Below, piece after piece: positions 60,756 to 64,000 of a DNA stretch of 64,000 nucleotides (position 1 is its first letter; each line of letters starts with the position of its first letter). The notes beneath the pieces are model-generated. The model worked only from the letters and a program-made list of their open reading frames with translations, had not been told where the DNA came from and did not search any database. Source of the stretch: Bacteroidota bacterium. Its GTDB lineage: Bacteria; Bacteroidota; Bacteroidia; NS11-12g; UBA955. A program made the position numbers and the translations under genes. The DNA lies in contig JAUXOK010000009.1 of NCBI GenBank assembly GCA_030682255.1, positions 50,428-114,427 of the forward strand. The letters run 5' to 3'.

Positions 60756-62450
60756 TTAATAAACGCTTTTTTTATCTATCCAAATCTGAATGAGGTAAGC
60801 TAAAAGCATCACCAGCAATGCACCAATTAGATTGAGCCATAAGAAGGAGCTTAACTCAAATTGCCAAGCAAAAATGACGAATAGTTCTGTAAGAATGGCT
60901 GCTAGGAATACCGCTTTGCCTTGCACTTGTTTGAGATAAAATGCAACTAAAAACACACCTAATATGGTGCCATAAAATAGGGAACCAAGTATGTTTACTG
61001 CTTCTATTAAATTACCAAGTTTGCGGGCATAAAGTGCCACTAAAACGCAAAATACACCCCAAAAAAAGGTGGCAGCTCTGGAGGCATTGAGATAATGTTG
61101 ATCTGTTTTATTGCTACCAACTTTCTTTTTATAAAAATCCACCACAAAGGTTGACGATAGAGAATTTAGTCCGCTAGCAGTGGATCCCATGGATGCCAAA
61201 AAAATGATAGCGATTAACAAACCGACTAAACCATGTGGCAAATATTTGGTTACAAAAATGAGGAACACAAAGTTGGTGTCGTTGGTGTCTGCCTTCGGAT
61301 TGTTTTTTAACATCAAAGCTTTGGCGTTTTCTTTGATAGCTTGGTTTTGAGCTTCTAGTTGTTTGAGTTCGGCTTGCTTGGCAACTATAGCTTGGGTATT
61401 GTCAGTTTTGATGGCTTGACTCAGCTCAATAACCTTAGCTTTTTTCAGGGCATTGCTTGCATTAAATGCTGCTTGTTCGTTTGCAAAGGCTTCTGAATAC
61501 TCACTTTTTTGAATTTGTTTCACTTCATATTCGTTGAAAAAGATTGGTGGAGCGGTAAACTGATAAAATACAAACACCAAAACCCCAATCAATAAGATAA
61601 AAAACTGCATGGGTATTTTGATAATGGCATTCATGATAAGCCCCATTCTACTTTGATTGATGGATTTACCTGTTAAATATCTACCTACTTGGGATTGATC
61701 GGTTCCGAAATATGACAATTGAAGAAAAAAGCCCCCTATGATGCCCGACCAAATATTGTATTTGTTGTCTAAATCAAATTTTGTGTCAATAACATTCAAC
61801 CTGTCCATTTTACCTGCAATGTGTAATGCCTGATTGAAACTTAAATCGGCTGGCAATAAATCAACTATAACAAAAAAAGCAAATACCAATCCACCAAATA
61901 TGATGCTCATTTGCAACATCTGGGTATAGGAAACCGCCTTTGCACCGCCATAAACGGTATAGATAATCACCAATACTCCATTCAGTAAAATGGTGTAAAA
62001 CAAATCGACATGTAAAATTGTAGAAAGTACAATAGCAGGGGCATAGATCGTGATACCCGTAGACAGCCCACGTTGAAGCAGAAACAAAAAGGCAGTGAGA
62101 TAACGTGTTCTTTGATCAAATCGTTTCTCTAAATATTCATAGGCGGTGTAGACATTCAGTTTTTGAAAAATGGGAATGAATGTTACACAGAGCACTATCA
62201 TTGCCAAAGGCAAACCAAAATAAAACTGCACAAAACGCATCCCATCGCTAAAACCCTGACCAGGCGCAGAGAGAAAGGTGATAGCACTTGCTTGTGTAGC
62301 CATTACGGATAAACCCACATGATACCAAGGCATCTGTTTGTCTGCCAACAAATAGCCGTGTATGTTTTTGGCATTTCGGCTTTTCCACATACCAAAAAGA
62401 ATGATAAACAATAGTGTTGAAACCAATATAACCCAATCTATCTGACTCAT
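60756..62450 (-). CDS. sodium:solute symporter (SSF) family transporter
   Basis: 564-aa polytopic protein with the SSF-type N-terminal half and a ~90-aa soluble helical insertion. Substrate unknown. Confidence 0.8.
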   Translation of the reverse strand: MSQIDWVILVSTLLFIILFGMWKSRNAKNIHGYLLADKQMPWYHVGLSVMATQASAITFLSAPGQGFSDGMRFVQFYFGLPLAMIVLCVTFIPIFQKLNVYTAYEYLEKRFDQRTRYLTAFLFLLQRGLSTGITIYAPAIVLSTILHVDLFYTILLNGVLVIIYTVYGGAKAVSYTQMLQMSIIFGGLVFAFFVIVDLLPADLSFNQALHIAGKMDRLNVIDTKFDLDNKYNIWSGIIGGFFLQLSYFGTDQSQVGRYLTGKSINQSRMGLIMNAIIKIPMQFFILLIGVLVFVFYQFTAPPIFFNEYEVKQIQKSEYSEAFANEQAAFNASNALKKAKVIELSQAIKTDNTQAIVAKQAELKQLEAQNQAIKENAKALMLKNNPKADTNDTNFVFLIFVTKYLPHGLVGLLIAIIFLASMGSTASGLNSLSSTFVVDFYKKKVGSNKTDQHYLNASRAATFFWGVFCVLVALYARKLGNLIEAVNILGSLFYGTILGVFLVAFYLKQVQGKAVFLAAILTELFVIFAWQFELSSFLWLNLIGALLVMLLAYLIQIWIDKKSVY

Positions 62451-62560
62451 TGATAGTGCTTAGTAATTAAATAAAATAGGACGATTAACGCAATTAAAAA
62501 CAAAACAACTCCGACATAGACATTACGCCATCTACTTTGTTCTTGATTTGAGTTACTCAT
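62447..62560 (-). CDS. 37-aa single-TM small protein translationally coupled to the symporter (candidate)
   Basis: ATG at 62560. Encodes MSNSNQEQSRWRNVYVGVVLFLIALIVLFYLITKHYQ. Its stop overlaps the symporter ATG (ATGA) and its start overlaps the upstream gene's end by 8 nt. Too short for the ORF track. Confidence 0.45.
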   Translation of the reverse strand: MSNSNQEQSRWRNVYVGVVLFLIALIVLFYLITKHYQ

Positions 62561-64000
62561 TATTAGGCAGATTAATGAGATTTACAAAAAGTTTGGCTGC
62601 TCCATGAACACCATGTGGCAATTGTCTAAAAAAGGAAAGTCCTGTGTAAACAAAATTACCTTTACCAAAAGGGGCAACAATTAAACCGCCAGTTAAATCT
62701 TTTTCACCTGGGTCGTTCATCGCAAATAAATCTACAAAATTAGAATCTAGTTTATGAGCAAAATAAATACCTCTTTCTTGAATCCAATCATCAAAATCTG
62801 CGTTTGTAATGAGGTTGGGTGATTTTAAAGCTGGATGTTGAGGTGCTAACAATTTAATTGGAGCATTTTCATCGGTTACTCGATTTCTAGAAATATCAAA
62901 AGAGTAAGGCATAATCATGTTTTGGATAGGTCCAACCCTAGAGTTGGTGTTGTATTGCACAATTATATTGCCCCCATTTTTGGTGTATGCCAAGAGTTTG
63001 TCCTTTAAAAGATGAAGGTTTTCATTGACATTAAAAGCTCTGATGCCAAACACAACAGCAGCATACTGACTGAGGTTATCTTGTTTGAGTTGTTGTTCTG
63101 TTAAAAATACCACATTATAACCCAATTGCATAAGCGATTGCGCCACTTTATCGCCTGCGCCCTCAAAATAAGCAATTTGATTATTGGTGATTTTAACATT
63201 GAAATTACAGATTTTGATGGCTGCTGTTTTTAATTCTATTTGTTGGCCAATATGCTCATATTCAATTCTAGTTAAGAGTTGATTAAATTGTTGTCCATCA
63301 ACTTCAACATAAGGTACAAGCAGGATGGTTTCTGATGGTTTTAAAACTGTAAGTTTTACTTCAAAAACATATTCAGCGCCTTTTTTGAGTTGAACTGAAT
63401 TATTTAAAACGTCTAACTTTAACGACTCATTGGGTTTAAATACCAAAGTTGCATTGTCTATGTCTTTAATCGCTTTAACAGATAAACGGATGGTTTTTTC
63501 GTTAATGTTATTTAGAATTTCCACTTCATTTATTGCAGTAAAAACGACATTAGGCAACACTTCTATGGGTCTAAAAACTTCGCCTTTGGTGGGGTCGATG
63601 CTTTTGTGTTGAATAGTTAAAGGCAATTCAAAGGTTTGTTGATAAATGGACAAAACCATAGTCAATTTCAAAGCGGGCGGATTGCTTGGCATTAATAAGT
63701 TTCTCATCCAATCATCATTGTTTAAAGAAGCACTCAACCAATAAGGAGCGGTGTAAGGCAAAGAGCTAGGTAACTTAATTTTTCTTTTGTTGCTTAAAGT
63801 TTCGTTCTCATTAAGTTTGAAATTATAAACTGTATCTGTTCCATCAGGGAAAATTAATTTATTTAACACCAAATTGCCTTTATTTCTCATGATTATTTGA
63901 GACTGAATGGAGAATTCTTGATTTAAACACAAACTGTAATCTGAAGCGTTAATTTCACAATACACACCTAGCGACTTTAAAATAATTTGTTCTAGTTCTT
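62553..64000 (-). CDS. C-terminal part of a large protein continuing beyond the window; tentatively the PIG-L/LmbE-family deacetylase type with a GATase1-like C-domain
   Basis: The frame stays open through position 64000 (the listed start at 63965 is a GTG). The C-terminal YAAVVFGIRAFNVNENL ... GGNIIVQYNT region resembles large Bacteroidota LmbE-family proteins from memory only. Confidence 0.35.
   Translation of the reverse strand, partial: ELEQIILKSLGVYCEINASDYSLCLNQEFSIQSQIIMRNKGNLVLNKLIFPDGTDTVYNFKLNENETLSNKRKIKLPSSLPYTAPYWLSASLNNDDWMRNLLMPSNPPALKLTMVLSIYQQTFELPLTIQHKSIDPTKGEVFRPIEVLPNVVFTAINEVEILNNINEKTIRLSVKAIKDIDNATLVFKPNESLKLDVLNNSVQLKKGAEYVFEVKLTVLKPSETILLVPYVEVDGQQFNQLLTRIEYEHIGQQIELKTAAIKICNFNVKITNNQIAYFEGAGDKVAQSLMQLGYNVVFLTEQQLKQDNLSQYAAVVFGIRAFNVNENLHLLKDKLLAYTKNGGNIIVQYNTNSRVGPIQNMIMPYSFDISRNRVTDENAPIKLLAPQHPALKSPNLITNADFDDWIQERGIYFAHKLDSNFVDLFAMNDPGEKDLTGGLIVAPFGKGNFVYTGLSFFRQLPHGVHGAAKLFVNLINLPNNE

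Overview
AT-rich (about one-third GC by eye) chromosomal segment from a Bacteroidota bacterium, probably Flavobacteriia-like. Supporting signs are a T9SS type-B C-terminal sorting domain, several TonB-dependent receptors, many lipoprotein signals, and a Rho with a long N-terminal insertion.

Positions 1-32.1 kb and 49.4-64 kb hold ordinary housekeeping and envelope genes. Left block: cytochrome c peroxidase, M48 peptidase, HTTM protein, rho, MlaD, AbgT, FKBP, dtd, MATE, a 1854-aa PKD adhesin, a TBDR, a beta-CASP MBL hydrolase, YhhQ, a BNR protein, a FecCD/ABC importer and pckA. Right block: a TBDR, a DtxR-family regulator, an OM barrel, cinA, dnaE and an SSS symporter.

Between pckA and the TBDR lies a ~17 kb accessory island (32.27-49.34 kb). 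It is bracketed by ~95-bp GC-rich inverted repeats and carries no integrase, transposase or tRNA. It contains:
- (i) a two-gene operon of an uncharacterised 322-aa protein plus a SIR2_2-family protein with an unknown C-terminal domain. This is my best candidate for an undescribed defence system.
- (ii) an orphan 339-aa internally duplicated protein.
- (iii) a strictly 21-bp-phased array of about 24 units in two inverted arms.
- (iv) a five-gene, tightly coupled operon: Res helicase-nuclease, small GIY-YIG-like protein, DUF262/DUF1524 (GmrSD-like), beta-class Mod methyltransferase, AbiGi-like protein.
- (v) a Zorya type II-like trio: MotA-like protein with coiled-coil tail, MotB/OmpA-like protein, HNH protein.

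A second odd locus is an 0.8 kb non-coding stretch (27.55-28.37 kb) full of nested repeats and a strong hairpin. No rRNA, tRNA, CRISPR array or cas genes were seen. All functional calls rest on motifs read from the translations; no database search was run.
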